The notes under the pieces are model-generated. The model saw nothing but the letters and a program-made list of their open reading frames with translations, was not told the DNA's origin and did no database searches. Below, in pieces: positions 14,591 through 29,300 of a DNA stretch of 64,000 bases. The stretch lies in assembly GCA_003344405.1 (NCBI GenBank), contig NOWV01000110.1:1-64000 (forward strand), given 5' to 3'. Numbering within the stretch: position 1 is the first letter of the stretch; each line of letters starts with the position of its first letter. The DNA comes from Trichoplax sp. H2. Lineage: Eukaryota. A program made the position numbers and the translations under genes.

Positions 14591-15159
14591 TGTGATAAAA
14601 TCCGATCATGAAAATTCATAAGTTGTAGAAAATGAGAAGTTTATTAGGTCTAATAATAAGACTAGCTCCACACAGCTCGTATTCTAGCCGAATTAAACTA
14701 CTGAAAGACTTCTAGAAAGAATAATCAGATAATCTAATACCTCCTGCTGTTATACTCTCCATAGCTTTCGCAGCTACAGTCTGTATAACAACATTCTACC
14801 ATAATTTACACATATTCAGCTTATTATTAGTCACAATATTTTACAGCGAACCATCATGATCATTAATCCAATATTAAAATGATTACAGTATTTTCGTAGA
14901 CATTATTCCTACCACTCAAAGTAAAATGAACTAAGCATAACCAAATATATGATTTGCAATTCTATTTCTACCTCTAAACTTATAAGTAGCTCAATATCTT
15001 ACTATATACAGCCAACTGTACTCTAGCATGGATTCTATCCTTACAGTCTATAATTATGGGCTACTAAATATATCATAAGGTAAATAAAGAAAAGACACTA
15101 CCGTATATCATATTAAACATGACTAATAGTCTACAATCACAGTTCTAAGTTATTTTACA
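14591..15159 (-). mobile_element. Solo LTR family C, diverged copy
   Basis: Reverse-complement similarity to 38302-38858; TGT...ACA ends; TSD TATAT/AATAT (1 mismatch). Confidence 0.75.
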
Positions 15160-16675
15160 AATATCAAAAGTAAAATAAGTTCTCTCACTACATGTGTTCA
15201 TGAGTATTGACAAAATCACTACCGTCATCATCCATTGCATACCTGACAAAACTAAATTATAATTATCTCGAAAATATACTATGCATGATAAGATCATAAA
15301 CTAAAGTGATATTTTAATTGAAAGGTTCTAAATTATTTTATTTAACCATAATAAGGTAACAGCATATCTATTTTTACCGTGTAAAACTCCAGATATGATA
15401 TCACTTTAATAATATATGATAACTGTTATGATCATCCTATCTAAAATGATACTTCATTTGCTTGTAAACTATTAGATCTGATACGTTATATCTACTATAA
15501 GCATCATTCTTTTTTGTCATCGAACCGGCTTGGTACCAATTCTGGTAATAAGAATAACAAGACTTGGCAGTTAATTACCTGCTAATATCAATGCACAAGC
15601 AAACAACGGGCATTATTATTATTTACTGGAATTGTTTTCAAGTTACTGCCAACGTTCAAATCTTGTTGAAGCCAGCTTTGTAATAATATAATAAAAGGTA
15701 TTGTAATAAAAATGTCTCATATCTATTTAATCAAATTGGGATCTGATCTCAAAAAATAATTGTTTCAGTTGAGTAAACTTTAAACTATAGGCTTATTTCA
15801 CAGAGTTTAACAATAGTGGCGCATAATTGAATTAATTAAGATTCTAATCAAAAGTATTACAAACGCTATTAGATGTGAAGTTCTGTCGAAGCTTATGTCT
15901 GTAATTCTTAAACATTTTAAATTTTGCGCAATCTATTTACAATTATAAATTTACCTATAGTAAGACTGAAATCATCAAAAGAAGAGTTTTCCTTATAGAT
16001 AGATCATCAATATGTTATACAGCACGAACCAACCCGTTTAAAATACCATTAATCCTATCTTACAGTCCAAAACTACGTTGCTGGGAATCTTCATAAATAC
16101 AGCACGTCTAGTCATCTAGATCTATTTGCCATTCGTAGCTAACTGATCAAAACTAAAAATCAACATTTCTAAATATTAATTAACAATATAATACTAGTAT
16201 GGCGACAATATCTACTTTTAGAAGCCTAGCTCTATCTAACATAGCTAACAATACAATCAAATATGGGGTGCAGAACTATAAATACTAGCACGTATCTAAA
16301 TCTGGTAGTCTTGATAGTTTAATTACTTGCAAGGAATCGTCTAAATGTACTAATTTCATATTGAACAATTGATAGCAGGAATATTTAGCAAGATAAATGC
16401 CACACAATCATAATACAGGGCCGATTTTTTCTAGCCATGCAATTAACGCGTCTTATTCATTCGCCGTATTTATTAATTATAAAAGGAAGTTATCTTGCAG
16501 CTCGGCATTATTCTATCATGCGGTACCGTGTATCGAAAATAATTTTGAATGTCAGTGCTGAGTTTTGCAATAAAGTAATATAGAGCAATGTCTGTCTTGC
16601 GTGGCCTTGGTTTGTTGCTACGCTAGTTAATGTCATATCGTACTGTTTTAATCTAAACTCTTAGATTTTGGTATT

Positions 16676-17183
16676 TGTCACGGTAGTGAATCTACCATGA
16701 TGAATGATAATTTACTTAATTTAGACATGTATATGTATCACGTTAAGATAGTTATTAATTTGGATATGTGCATGAATTATTTTATGACTTAATATAGCCG
16801 ATACAAACCTGTTCCTAATACAGTTTAAATTATACTAAATATGGTATATGAATTGTCAATAGCAAATTCAATATGAATCCTGTTAATTATAAGCTGGGGC
16901 AAACATAACGTTAGTCTATAGTAATATTACAAATTCATTGGATTAGACTAGGAATAATTTAATGTATTCTCGAAGTCTTATTGGTCGAAATATATCACAC
17001 ATTGTAAACCGGTTTTATGGCAAGAAAAGCTATTTAAATGATTGATTTTGAATATTAAATTAGACTTGCATTTTCTAGAATAAAGATATAGTTAGAAGGT
17101 TCTAAAAGTGCATTTCTCAGTCATTGTTACTTATCTAGGGTAATCTAAATTAGTTTAGATTAGGCAAGTTTAGTTAAGTAACA
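16676..17183 (+). mobile_element. Solo LTR family B (copy 2, 508 bp)
   Basis: TGTCAC...GTAACA ends; perfect TSD GTATT; TATA-like tatttaaa and AATAAA in the 3' half. Confidence 0.9.
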
Positions 17184-18215
17184 GTATTATTGATGCAAGC
17201 TGATTATGGTAAATCTACGTCATAACAACCTAAGCAATTAAATTAATAAATTCATCTTGATAATATGGAAGTAAATCTAGTTGCTATCATATAGCCTTTC
17301 TAATGAAAGTATCTCAACAATAACTATCTTCGTCGAAAGAAATTCCCTATAAGACTTTGTTGCAAAGTTTTAGAAATAGTAGAGCGATAATCAATTACTA
17401 TAAGAATCTACTTTAAAATCTAAGGTATGCCAAGCTCAAAGTGAAGTCAAGCCTATCATATGAGTTCATTACCGCAGCTCATAAATAAATCCTATAAATC
17501 CATTTATGACAACATAATTAGCTGCTGTCAGACTTGAATCATCAAACAAAATACTGTTTCTCAAATAGAAATCACCATCTTCTGCAATCCGAATCGTTTT
17601 TACTTCAAACATTTTTAATCTTCTGTTGATATCCAGCACCTTTCAGTGTTGGTCATCTTCATAATTCAGTACTTCAAGTCGTGCAATCTTGCACTACTAT
17701 CTCTCAACTGGCTAATATTAGTCATCTAGAATTTCTAATATAGATTTTAGTAATCATCTAGTATTAACATCACGATAATATCTACTCTTAGTTACCAAGC
17801 TATATCAAATACGTATAGCTATCATTACAAAATCATATATAGGGTGCTTAACTACAGTCTTAAAACACTAAAATTGGCGCCAAGTCTGATAGAGAAGGAA
17901 GCAGATGTTATAACCTGATTGCAATAATAAAAAATGAAAGATAACTAACCATAAATGTTTTCTGAAAAATAATATATTTTATTTTTGCTGGTAATTATCA
18001 TAAAGCATTAAGAATAAACTTTAAAGAGATTTTAAGTTAATAATTTTAATATAAGAAACATCAAGGATGGTATTTAATTTAATCTCTGCTAATGCTAAAG
18101 TACTACAGTTAAAATAAAGACTGATATGTGATTGTTACATTCATCAAAATAACTTAGATATGGAAGTGTAGTTTCTGATTACATTTTGTTTCGAACTTTT
18201 TAGAAGTATGAGTTA

Positions 18216-18577
18216 TGTCACGTTCTGTGATAGTTACATAATTAGTATGTTACCTTCTTTCTATATATCGTTAAATATCACGATGTTATTATCACGTCAT
18301 GCGTATATGGATGTAGTTTTGGTACTATATTAAGCTTATCTATATATGTATTCTCATGTTGCCATAGTCGGTATGATATTCTATTTGTAATGTCTAAACT
18401 AGGGAAACCTTTCTCTTAGAGATGATCTTGTGATCTATGCCAGTAGATCAAAGGTCATAATAAAGAAAGTATATAAACTCATTATTTTAACAATAAAGTT
18501 AGTTCTTCAACTTAATTACTGGGTCTCCTTGCTGAGTGCAGATCTAGTACTTGTTACAAAATTTGGAAGTTGGAACA
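18216..18577 (+). mobile_element. Possible solo LTR (single copy)
   Basis: TGTCAC...GAACA flanked by AGTTA on both sides; tatataaa and aataaa inside. An alternative 3' end exists at 18558, and there is no second copy to confirm it. Confidence 0.4.
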
Positions 18578-19530
18578 AGTTACTACTTAAGGAATTGTTA
18601 AAGTTAGTTATAACCTAAGTTATTGCGTTATTATGATGACATAGTAATATGTTACAAGTATGTATCAAGAACATAGGAGCTTGATAGGACTTATAGTCGA
18701 AGAGATTTACATATAAAATTGTTCATTACCTCGAATGTCCGCATTTGATAATTCAATCGTAATAACAGGTTTGTTATTGAAATATGTTAATGGCATAGTA
18801 ATAGGTTTATAACTACTAAAAGAGTATATAAGATGGACTGCGATCAATAAAAGCGATCCAGGTTAAGGCAAAGTTGTGTGATAGCTTTATATCGTATATT
18901 GTGTTGAGCGAGTTAGTACTTCGCAAGGATTCTGCCTACAATACCGTAGGCCAGGAATGTAGTTCTACGGATTAAAGTAAAAGTTTATTATAATTACTAT
19001 GTTCTTTTCTTGTGTCACTAGAGTAGTTGTGGCAGTAATGAAAAGTAGCTCTCTAATCATGTTTTAATGGGTGCAAATGGGAAGCTCAATGCAATTGTTA
19101 ATCTAAGAACAATATAGCAGTTCTCATTAGACATTTGAATGTTTTCATAGCACTGATCTAATACGAGTTCTAAAACCTACTTAAATTGGTTAATATTTTA
19201 ACTTAAGGCGTGGGAGCTAAAAACTGAATAACTTTCTAACATGGCGTCATAAAATTAAGGCGTATATCTAAATTCTTTAGAAGACTAAAGGATTACCTTT
19301 CGTTTATTTAATAAAGACCTGAAATTTATTTTTTGCTTTTGTTTATTAATAATTACGGTTACCTTTGAAATACCAAATCTATATAGTACAATTTCATTAT
19401 TTAATTAAGATGTATCTTGCTTACTTAGATCAAATTATCATAAATAATTGGGAAGCTTCTTTTAAGAATTAAATCACAATTATATTAAAGCTCAACTACG
19501 TATAAAACCTTCCCGTAGATCACATTTAGC

Positions 19531-19538
19531 TATAAAAG
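19531..19538 (+). promoter_or_regulatory. Candidate TATA box of the LRR-GPCR gene
   Basis: TATAAAAG lies ~80 nt upstream of the inferred ATG (19613), with an Inr-like CAGT at ~19570. The AT-rich background weakens this call. Confidence 0.3.
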
Positions 19539-19612
19539 GACGAAATTATTATTATCAAATTTATTTTCGCAGTCTATTTTGCCGTATGGTCAAACAGATT
19601 CGATAGTGCGCC

Positions 19613-22600
19613 ATGCCGGAAAAGATGCCTAGTTATCGCGTATTGCTATATATATTTATTCTTACACCGTTGATTAATGGTAACCAATAACATAATAATT
19701 TAGATCTTGTTGATAACGAAGTTTTATGAAATGTTTGAAATATTTAATATCTGTGTTATAAATTAATATTGTAATCTTACCTGAAAGCAAGTAATCAGTT
19801 TCTTAGATCGTTTAATTTTGCGCTGCAATTGCCGCAGCAAATTCTAACTTTTAGATTTCCCCCGGGTTAGTTGAAAACGATAATTCCAACAGATATTGAT
19901 GTAATCAGCATTCAGAAGCTGCAATTCTTTAATTTCGCAACTCTACAAATCTCGTACTTGTTCTTTAACAATAATTTTTAAATCACGCTGTTATTTTAAT
20001 TCCAACATATACTTATTCACTTATTTTTTCATAATAACAATTAAGTATTTTATAAATGTGACATTAGGTACGTTCATAACTTATCAGTAGCATATGCATA
20101 ACTTGTAAACTAAAACTTACATCTGTTACTTCTAAAGAAGTACCCTTACCTTAAATTATAAGGAAGAATTTAATTACAGAGAAAACGTACTCCGTGATAA
20201 ATCTATATAACTAACCAGCGTTACAGAAAGTAGGAACATCTTAAAATTTTGATACAAAATCACAACGATGACTATTTTCGTAGACTTTAAGCAACATTTT
20301 ACGTCGTGAATAAAGTCCCATTCTATCGGAAAAACTATTTACAAAAATAAGTTGTTTATGTTGTTACCTCTCCTAGAGAAGAGTTCATGACATTTTTAAA
20401 CACACAAATAAAATTTCTTTACGTTATCTGTCTTTTATACTTTTCTCGTCTAAATAATATCTATGGATTATAGTAGTAAACATGTCGTTACATCCGTTCT
20501 ATCAAAAAATATTAATAATGGTTTCCATTAAATTTAGCCACAATAAGCTATATAGCTGCCCATGGATTTCTACGAACACAAATAGCATATGTTAGAACGT
20601 ATCACTACTTAACCTAAAATAAAATAAAAGTTTTGAGATTTACGCTTTTAGACAACGACGATCTTATAGCCTTATGTCTTTGTTAAAATCTGATTAGTTA
20701 ATAACACGCAAAATAGAGAACTAAATTCCTTCATATCTTCATTAAGAATTTATCTTTAATATTTTTTACGGATTAGGCTCACAAACGGTCAAGTGTGGTA
20801 ATTCAAGTCAAGATATTTCCGCTAGAAGCATATGTGACTGTGTTGACAATTGTAGAAATAAGTTTGATGAAATAAATTGTGGTAAGCCAACCATAAAGTA
20901 AAGTAATTAATTGGTTTAGCAAGAAATGATTTGAAGAAAATTTATTAGAACAATCTTGTGCTTAACTTTCAAATTTTGGGCCATGAACACATCACGCAAC
21001 ATTAGTCTATTTATAGTACTCTAAATTTCTAATGGTATACCTTTAAATTTATATCAGTAAATAATATCGTAAAATCTTTCGTATCCTTCCGTCAAAGCTA
21101 ACGATTACGAAAATATCTTAAATCATATCATATATTTAATAACTATTACTGACTTACTTTTCACCGCACTTACCGGTTGTATACCCAAAAAAAATTTTTG
21201 ATGCATTTATTAATTAGATGCTTAATTAAAAATTTCAATCAACATGAATAAACGCACAGTCATAACATTAAATTTAAACACTATTGTCATCGAGGGTAAC
21301 AAAATCTTGATCACTCCGAAGACATATAGCCCAAACTAGCTTTCAGTCTCTAACATGTACTGTTCCACCCTAAAGTAATGAAACACAAAAGATACTAGCA
21401 CGTTTGGGGTTCTTCGATATAAAGTTATTACTGAAATAAGGTAGCAACTTTTCTGTAATTCATGTACAACGCAGTTTCATATTCATTTAAAAATTACGAC
21501 CAGCAAACGGGTTGGAACTAGTTGTACAATCGAAAGAAGACAACTAATGATAAGATAACTCGTATGAAATATCACAAACAAAACTTCTCTAAACTCTAGA
21601 CTAATTCACTAAAAGACTTATTATTTCTCAAGATTTTCAAGCAAAGTAATGTAAAGAATTTATTATGAACTTATAAAATCAAAGATGAAAAAATCGATAA
21701 TTTATTCTAGGCCATTACTGGCTACTAGTATACATTATTGACACGTGATCTAAAAAATTACTCTCTTAATTGCAATAGCCACAAAAGAAGCGGCTTAGCA
21801 ATTGAGCTTAGCAAAACTGTTACTCTTATAACTCAATTTGTAGCAAGAAGTAAAATCGACAAACATACATGATATCTAACTCTACAATACTCACTGTTCA
21901 ATACAGAAACTAACGATAGATCAATTACTTGTACACGCAAGCAAAATATAATAATGTAAAACATAAAAATAGTAGAATATGGTCGTAACAATCGTTTAAG
22001 AACACCTGCACAATTAACAACGTCATGTAAAAGTGATGTCACATTCATAATTATATATAAATATAATAGGTAATTTCTTATAAATTTTGTAAAAACAATA
22101 ACTATTTAAGTAATTAATCGGAAAGTGATGTATTTCTCGTAGTTTATTAGTCTAAGCCAGGTAGGATTTAACAGATTTAAACAATGTAATTAGATAAAAG
22201 GCGCCTTCCTAAAATTTTCAAATACACCTTGCCCACGTATTTTACATTTTGAGTTGCAAAATCTCCTAAATTCATAATTTTATTGGTACTAAAACAGTTG
22301 GTGTAGGATGTGTTTCTACTATATATATGCTAAAGTCTAATCATAACACAAATCAATATTTATTACTATTATGCCGGACAATAAATCTTCCGAAACATAA
22401 CAAATAGAATTTGAGATAAGACATTTTGTCTAAATAGACTGTCTGACTAAGGCCATTTTCCATCGTAAGTGTACCTAGTAAGTAGCTTTTACTCATCGGG
22501 CAGATAACCATAACAAGTCCGAGCTCTAGCCAAACACAATAAGGAGAATAAATTAAGCGATTATAAACCATGGTATTATTGAGCAATGTGTCATATAAGC

Positions 22601-23355
22601 TAATTACTATTCGCAATAAAAACTTTTGAGTGGGTTGTTATATTCGTTATTAGTGCCGTTAAATATCACAACTATAAGATCCAAAATAGAAGAGTGCCAA
22701 ACCTCATCAAGCTGTCATCTAAATTACAGATTTCATGAAAAAAAGTGTAAGTTAATATTATAAGCAAATAAAACTGGCTAGAGATATGTGAATTTTCTGT
22801 ATAGCAAATCAAAAATTTTTATAAATTACTTCTTTTTCAGTTTGCAAGCCGTCGAAGTGTCGACTTTGGCCACTATCGAGCATGAACGTATCCAGCAATT
22901 CAAGCAGCAATGGTCACTGCGGTTAGTTGTTTCGTCCGATGATGGACTGATACATATATTTCATTTAAGTTATTACAAATAGCTTGACTGGAATTTACAC
23001 GGCTTGACATTTGCAACGATGGTTTTATCCTTTGAGATACCAACTATCATGTATTCTAGCACTTTAGATGCCAATAATGATAAGAACGTACATCAAGTAA
23101 AATCATAATTTTCTTCTAACTAATTCTTTCTAATGGTGTCCTAAGTAGAAACTTAAATTGACTTAACATTAGTAGTAAAATGGACTAGAATTCACATTGG
23201 ATAAGTATTCTAAGCTGAGAACTACTACATTAATCAATTTGCTTAGTTAAACTGCCGTGTATATATGGCTGTTCATGTTCTATGGCGGAAATGAAATGCA
23301 CAAGCAGGAAATTCAGTAAAATGATTAATAATTTCATGATACCATATCAATATGT
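19613..23355 (+). CDS. LRR-GPCR N-terminal exons: signal peptide, LDLa, linker, LRRNT
   Basis: 19613-19679 MPEKMPSYRVLLYIFILTPLIN(G); 20777-20881 SQTVKCGNSSQDISARSICDCVDNCRNKFDEINC (LDLa-like, phase 1-1); 22841-22921 CKPSKCRLWPLSSMNVSSNSSSNGHC (phase 1-1); 23247-23355 KLPCIYGCSCSMAEMKCTSRKF... (LRRNT, phase 1-2). Confidence 0.72.
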
Positions 23356-26300
23356 GTAAGTAAAATTATCTCATTATACTGCTAATATTATTCCTAATTA
23401 ACAATTATTGGAAATGTATTGCAGTCTGTTTCTTGATTCAGTAAAAAAAGGCAGTTTTGGTATAACTCTATAATACAGTAAATTAAATAATGTAATCAAC
23501 GTGCGACTATGAAATCAGACCTAGATTTTGAGTCATTCGATAGTACTTCCTAATTTAACACCTTTATTGCTCGATGTAACTTAACTTAGTATTAAATATA
23601 GACTACCAGCTATATCTTTCTATGATGTATTATGTCCTATCGTAGCTTACTTTATTTGTCATAAGTTATTATTAGTAGATTATAACGATAATCTGTAAAT
23701 ATAGATTTTATATTGGAATATAGATGGTCATGTACATGGTACAGTATGGTGCTGAATTATAGCTGATACTAAATATAAAAATAGATGCATAACTCAAATA
23801 TAGGGGTAGGGGTAGTTTATCTTACTATGGCTAATCGTAAAACATAGTTACATAAATATTGTAGCTGTTACCATAATAAATTGAAAAATGATTTGCTATA
23901 GAGTATGTTACTAACGTTAACTTGAATATATAAAATTTCAGGAAGAATGTTGCTTACTGATTGTACTAGCAGATACTACGAAAACTGTTTAAGCAGATAA
24001 TCGTAGATAATTCAGTAATTCTTCCTGAAAGTCTTTCTCGTAGTTACATTTGGCTAAAGTAGAGCTGTATATAGAATATCTTTGTATAAAGACTTAATAT
24101 AGTTCTTATTTTCGTGACCTGTTATATGAAGCATGGAAGTTTAGTTTAACATTCTGCAATATATTCTGTAATTTCGGATTAACTACTGTGTGTTAATGTG
24201 TAATGGCTAGATTTAAGCAATTACTAACTGTTTTAGTTGAAGCTATTTTAACTAAGTTAGTCTAAAAATTGACTGATTTATGTCTTTAAAATCATGTAAT
24301 TGAACATGATATAGCTGAATCGTGCCAAAAATTACCTTATCACGACCATAATTAAGACGTTAAAAATAGCAATCAAGTAAATCTGATCTTTAGATATTCT
24401 ATATTTCACTTAATCCTATTAAAACTAAATGCTAATTTTAAATATAATAATCATTTATAACTTAAATTATTCGTACGTTTGAACATTATTAAATTTGATG
24501 TTGAATTTCTTTGTTACGAAATGGTATTTTCCGTTAATTCATGACTACTAATGAATTATTTTAGGAACCTAAAGGGCTCTTCCGCCGCCATATTTACGAT
24601 TGATACATCCATCCCTCAGCCATGGATTTATTCAATGTATGTTCTAATTACTTCAACGATTAATTAGTTATCGAAGTATTGGTTAAAATGATTTACTCTA
24701 TTGTTGTAAAATCAATGTAAAACTAGTACTCACAGTTCGGTATCACTTGAGTAAATGCATAAGCCGGTTAAATTTGCAGCTAAGTATATTTATGCTGATA
24801 AAGTTCAAATTTGTATCCATATTTAATATATTTCGAATGAGAGAAGATCGCCCATTTAGTGATAAATAAGATTGTTGGAGCTATTCAATTTAAAATGCTA
24901 GTTCGATATCATGTTCAAATTTACCATATAATATGTATTGCAACGGTTTATAACAACATTTAACGGACAATTCGATAGTATTAATAAGGTTATCGCTCTG
25001 GGAAATCAGATTTAAATACTTTTTTATAGTAAGTACTAGTAAAGCTTCAATGGCCGGATATGCAAATATTAATTAATCATATTTTGATGTAGTAAGTTTT
25101 ATTGAATATCCATCAGTTCTTATACTTAATTTTATGCTTTTCATTCAAGTACTTTCAACAATCAGCTGATGAGCGAAAACTTCGGCCCAAAAGTTTTGAT
25201 TAATCTTCCAAACTTGTTGCAATTGTGAGTAATTATACATACCTATTAATGCTTAAAATCATTTGTAAATAATTGCTCTCCTGAGAAAATAGCACTGTAG
25301 CTTTCCATTACTACTGCTATAGTAAATAAATTAAAATACTGCAGCGAAAATAGTATAGTTTCGTTTGCATTCTAATATTATTTCTGCAATGTTATTATTA
25401 GAGCGTAAGTAAATTACCAGTATTACATGCTAATAGCATGCCTCCTGAATAATTATTGGAAGGATAATAAACTATTTTAAAATGAATGCATAATGACGCA
25501 TTTTAAAGAGAAAATAACAGTGACTTAAATTGATTTATAAACTTTGCTAGGAATTTAAGAAGCAATCAGTTAACCCATATCCAAGACAAAACATTTCAAT
25601 CTTTGAAAAAAATGGAGCATTTGTAATTGCATCTACAATATCAATTTATTAATCATGCAAAGTCAAATCTTGTTATATTTGTTAGATAATGAGCCTAGAA
25701 TATTTAATATTGCTAATTTTAAGAATGAAATTTTGACTGGGATTAAACTTCATAAATCATTATATTAGGAGCTTACAGAACAACAGCATTGTAATTATTG
25801 AAGAAAATGCTTTCCTTGGATTGACAAATCTGAAAATATTGTAATTAAATACTTTTTCCGTGTTCTAATAGAATCATATACACAATGCTATACTTTACAA
25901 ATGTGATAGAGATACTGTAAATAGTATACATCATATTGTAATTTTAATATAATGCGTATAATATCTTAAGTCATCAATGCAATTTATTTTAGAAATAACT
26001 TCTAATCGCAAATACCTGCAAAATTACTATATGTGATAATATTCCGTGTGACTTATGAATAAGTCTTATGTTAAAATCGAATTTGTGATTACTAGCAATT
26101 ACTCCATAATTTACCAAAGAAAATTGATAATCTTTCCATGCTAAATTTAATAATCGACCGTAGTTAACAGTACTCTAGATCAATTTATATTTGAAATATT
26201 AGTATTTGTATGCCTTTTTAAGTATAAATGCTGACATTGATTGGAAATTTTGTCATTAATGCCATCATTGTGTAATATGAAAGGTCCTAACTTTTCTTTG

Positions 26301-29300
26301 CCAATTATTCCATGACATTTAGATGTTTAAACGATAATCCTATTCCTAATCTATCAATGAGAGTCTTCAAACCAGTGCCAAGTTTAAAATACCTGTATGT
26401 TGCAACAATTGTTTTATTTTAATTATCAATAAATCGATAGCTTAGGAAAATAGAAAGAAAAGACAGCCAAAATAATCCATTTTATAATTTAAAAAGATAT
26501 AGCAAATTTCAATAGTGTATCACTCCTGCTATACTAATCTTTACAAATAATTATGATACTGTTACTAAATCGCAGTTTTTTAAGTGATCTAAGCGCATAA
26601 TTGTTTAGCTATTTTCAGTAAATAACTATTTCTGTAGGGTTAGATGACTTCAGTATTTCTTATTCGGTTTCAATGTCTTCAATAGGAGTATTGCATCGGC
26701 ATATTTGAAAGAATTGAGCTGTACATCCCTACATGCGCCTGGCTTACTGCAACTGTATGTGTAATAGCTTGATAAATATCTAAATTTTTCGATGTATATT
26801 CTAATTAAAGAATTTAAGATGTCTATATTACTGTCACGACTTAACTCTTATTAACAGCTTTAAAATAGATTTAAAGTTACCGTAGTTTCTTTGTTCACTC
26901 CTAATATTAATTATGTGTGACTTACTTGTACTGTAAATATAAATTTAATTATGGAGACATTGGCATTTAATCAGTCCTTATAAAGTGACTATGTTGCTAC
27001 CTGATTCATAAAAAATTAATACGCATGCAACTTTATATTAATACTGAGGCCATCTAAGTTCCAATAATCAAAAATTATTTAAAATCCGTAAAGTGCATGA
27101 AATGCCTAGTCAATCTTGGAATATGCGAAATAGCTGCCGAAATAGTTACTTTAGTAATACAGTAGTAGCAAGCTCTGCTCCATATATATCTCCGTGACAG
27201 TACTGATACTCATTAAGAAAAACTGAATAATTTTAAAATACTGGATTGCAGTGTGTCCGTCCGTAGACAAATCTTTTTAGTATAACCGATACTTTGCCTT
27301 TAAGTCCAAATTTCTATCATAAGAGATCGTATCATAATCTATTTGTCTCAATTACTATATAAGAATTTTATGACAGTACTAAAAAGATTCATTGTAGTAA
27401 TTTATGACCAAAGTGATATCTATTACAAATACTTATTAGCTCTAAATACTATGAACGTAAAATTTTCTAAATTTAGCTATTTCATCTTCTTAGCAGTTTT
27501 CACCTGTCACTTGCTTATTTTATAAAATCTAATTCAAGTTTTTCTGACCTTTGTTAGTCTAAATTACTTAAAAAATGAGCATGATCAGAAATCAAATTAT
27601 AACTTTTAGCTTTATTTGTAAACAAATCGAGTTGAATACGTTAAAAGAACATTATTAATTAAACATACAGTACATTTTTTTAGTGCAAAATTAATCAGTT
27701 TTTATATCTAATCCCACAATTGGAAAATTATCGGCAATTACCCAACCGTAGCGATGAGTTCTTGAGACTTACATGAAATCTGTTTGAAGATTCATTATAT
27801 TATTAGTTCACAAAGTAATAATTAAAACCTTATCGAAAACATTTAACAATCCTGATTCTTTTTTTAGGCATCTTTATAACTTAAAAATTCAAAGAATTGG
27901 ACATGGAACATTTAATAAATCAGGCTCCATAGTTCTTTTGTGAGTGTCGTAGCGTTGTACAATGTACTATCAAGATTAGAGTAGAAATATCGATGTTAGA
28001 ATAATTTTGTTGGCTTACCTTTATTTAGTGAGTTTCTAATTAAAATATATGATGCTTAAATATAGCACCAGCTTTTATGGCAGCGATATATAACACAACA
28101 TATAAACATACAATGAAATTAATAGTTAAATTGGGAATCGAGAATGATCTACTTACAATTCAAATCACTACGATTGTATGATACTTATATTGAATAGTAG
28201 ATTATCGTGAAAATATTCTGTGATAGGATATATCGTAATTTGACTACTTTGTATTAGTCATTAGACGTCTATATTCGTACATAGTGTTGTCTTTATTAGG
28301 TAGAAGTAAGTAAAATTAGATTTTGATTCATTGCAAGGTTCAATGTTAATATTCCTAACTAAGATGTCTGAACTATCGCAAAAGAGTATACTCGTGCTAA
28401 TGCGGTATACCGTATAATAAAATTAACTCTTAAAATTAGTATTTAAAGCAAAATACGAGGCGTTCAAGTCTGTGTAGTCTACTAGTATTGGAAAGGTGTT
28501 CTTGATGGAGTATGCATTACTCCCTGATACATGGTTCAGAGAGTCGACTTATTGATCGTACATTACGTTACCTTACCTTGTTGCAATGCTGTTTAGTACC
28601 AGTGAAATAATAAATAATCATTAAATTAGTAAAAATATCAAAGCTAACCTAATTACTTAAGAGATGTCAAAATCATTTGTATTTACATAAGATTTTCTGT
28701 TAAATTCCATCAGAGATCTGATGAGGAACCAGATTCGATCCATTGCTCCGCGTACATTTGATGGTTTAAATAGTTTAAAGATGTTGTAAGCATTATCAAT
28801 CAGCTCTAAATTAAATATAAATATCTGCGGTTTTGTTAATTCAAAAATATAGCGAATAATTACTTTTTATATTTCTTGTGGGTATTGTGTCAATCAACAA
28901 GTAGTATATCAGCTATATTTTTAACTTCGGCTTGATATAGACAAGGTTAAACTTATATCCATGTATTGGGATATTTAAAATTGCTTATTGATTTTTTATA
29001 CTTGCGTGATTCTTAATATTTTGATTATGTTCAATACAAAATATTGAAATACTAACGTTGTTTAATTTTTTAATAGATTTTTAGATTATAATCCGATCGC
29101 AATAATACCTTCGAAAATTTTATCAGCAATGCCCCTCCTTGAAACCTTGTAAATAATAATTTAAATTATTAACTGTTTAATCTTAATGTAATTTCAGAAT
29201 TAAATTTCCTTTCTATCAACATTCACGATTTAGTACCAGTTCAAAAACTATGGGTCTTTCAATGGAAAGGCATGCTTTCCGAAAGCAATATTATTTGAAA

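Noticed and set aside
22983-23096. Alternative first or signal-peptide exon
   Set aside because: No stop-free frame ends in phase 1; a better signal-peptide exon exists at 19613-19679.
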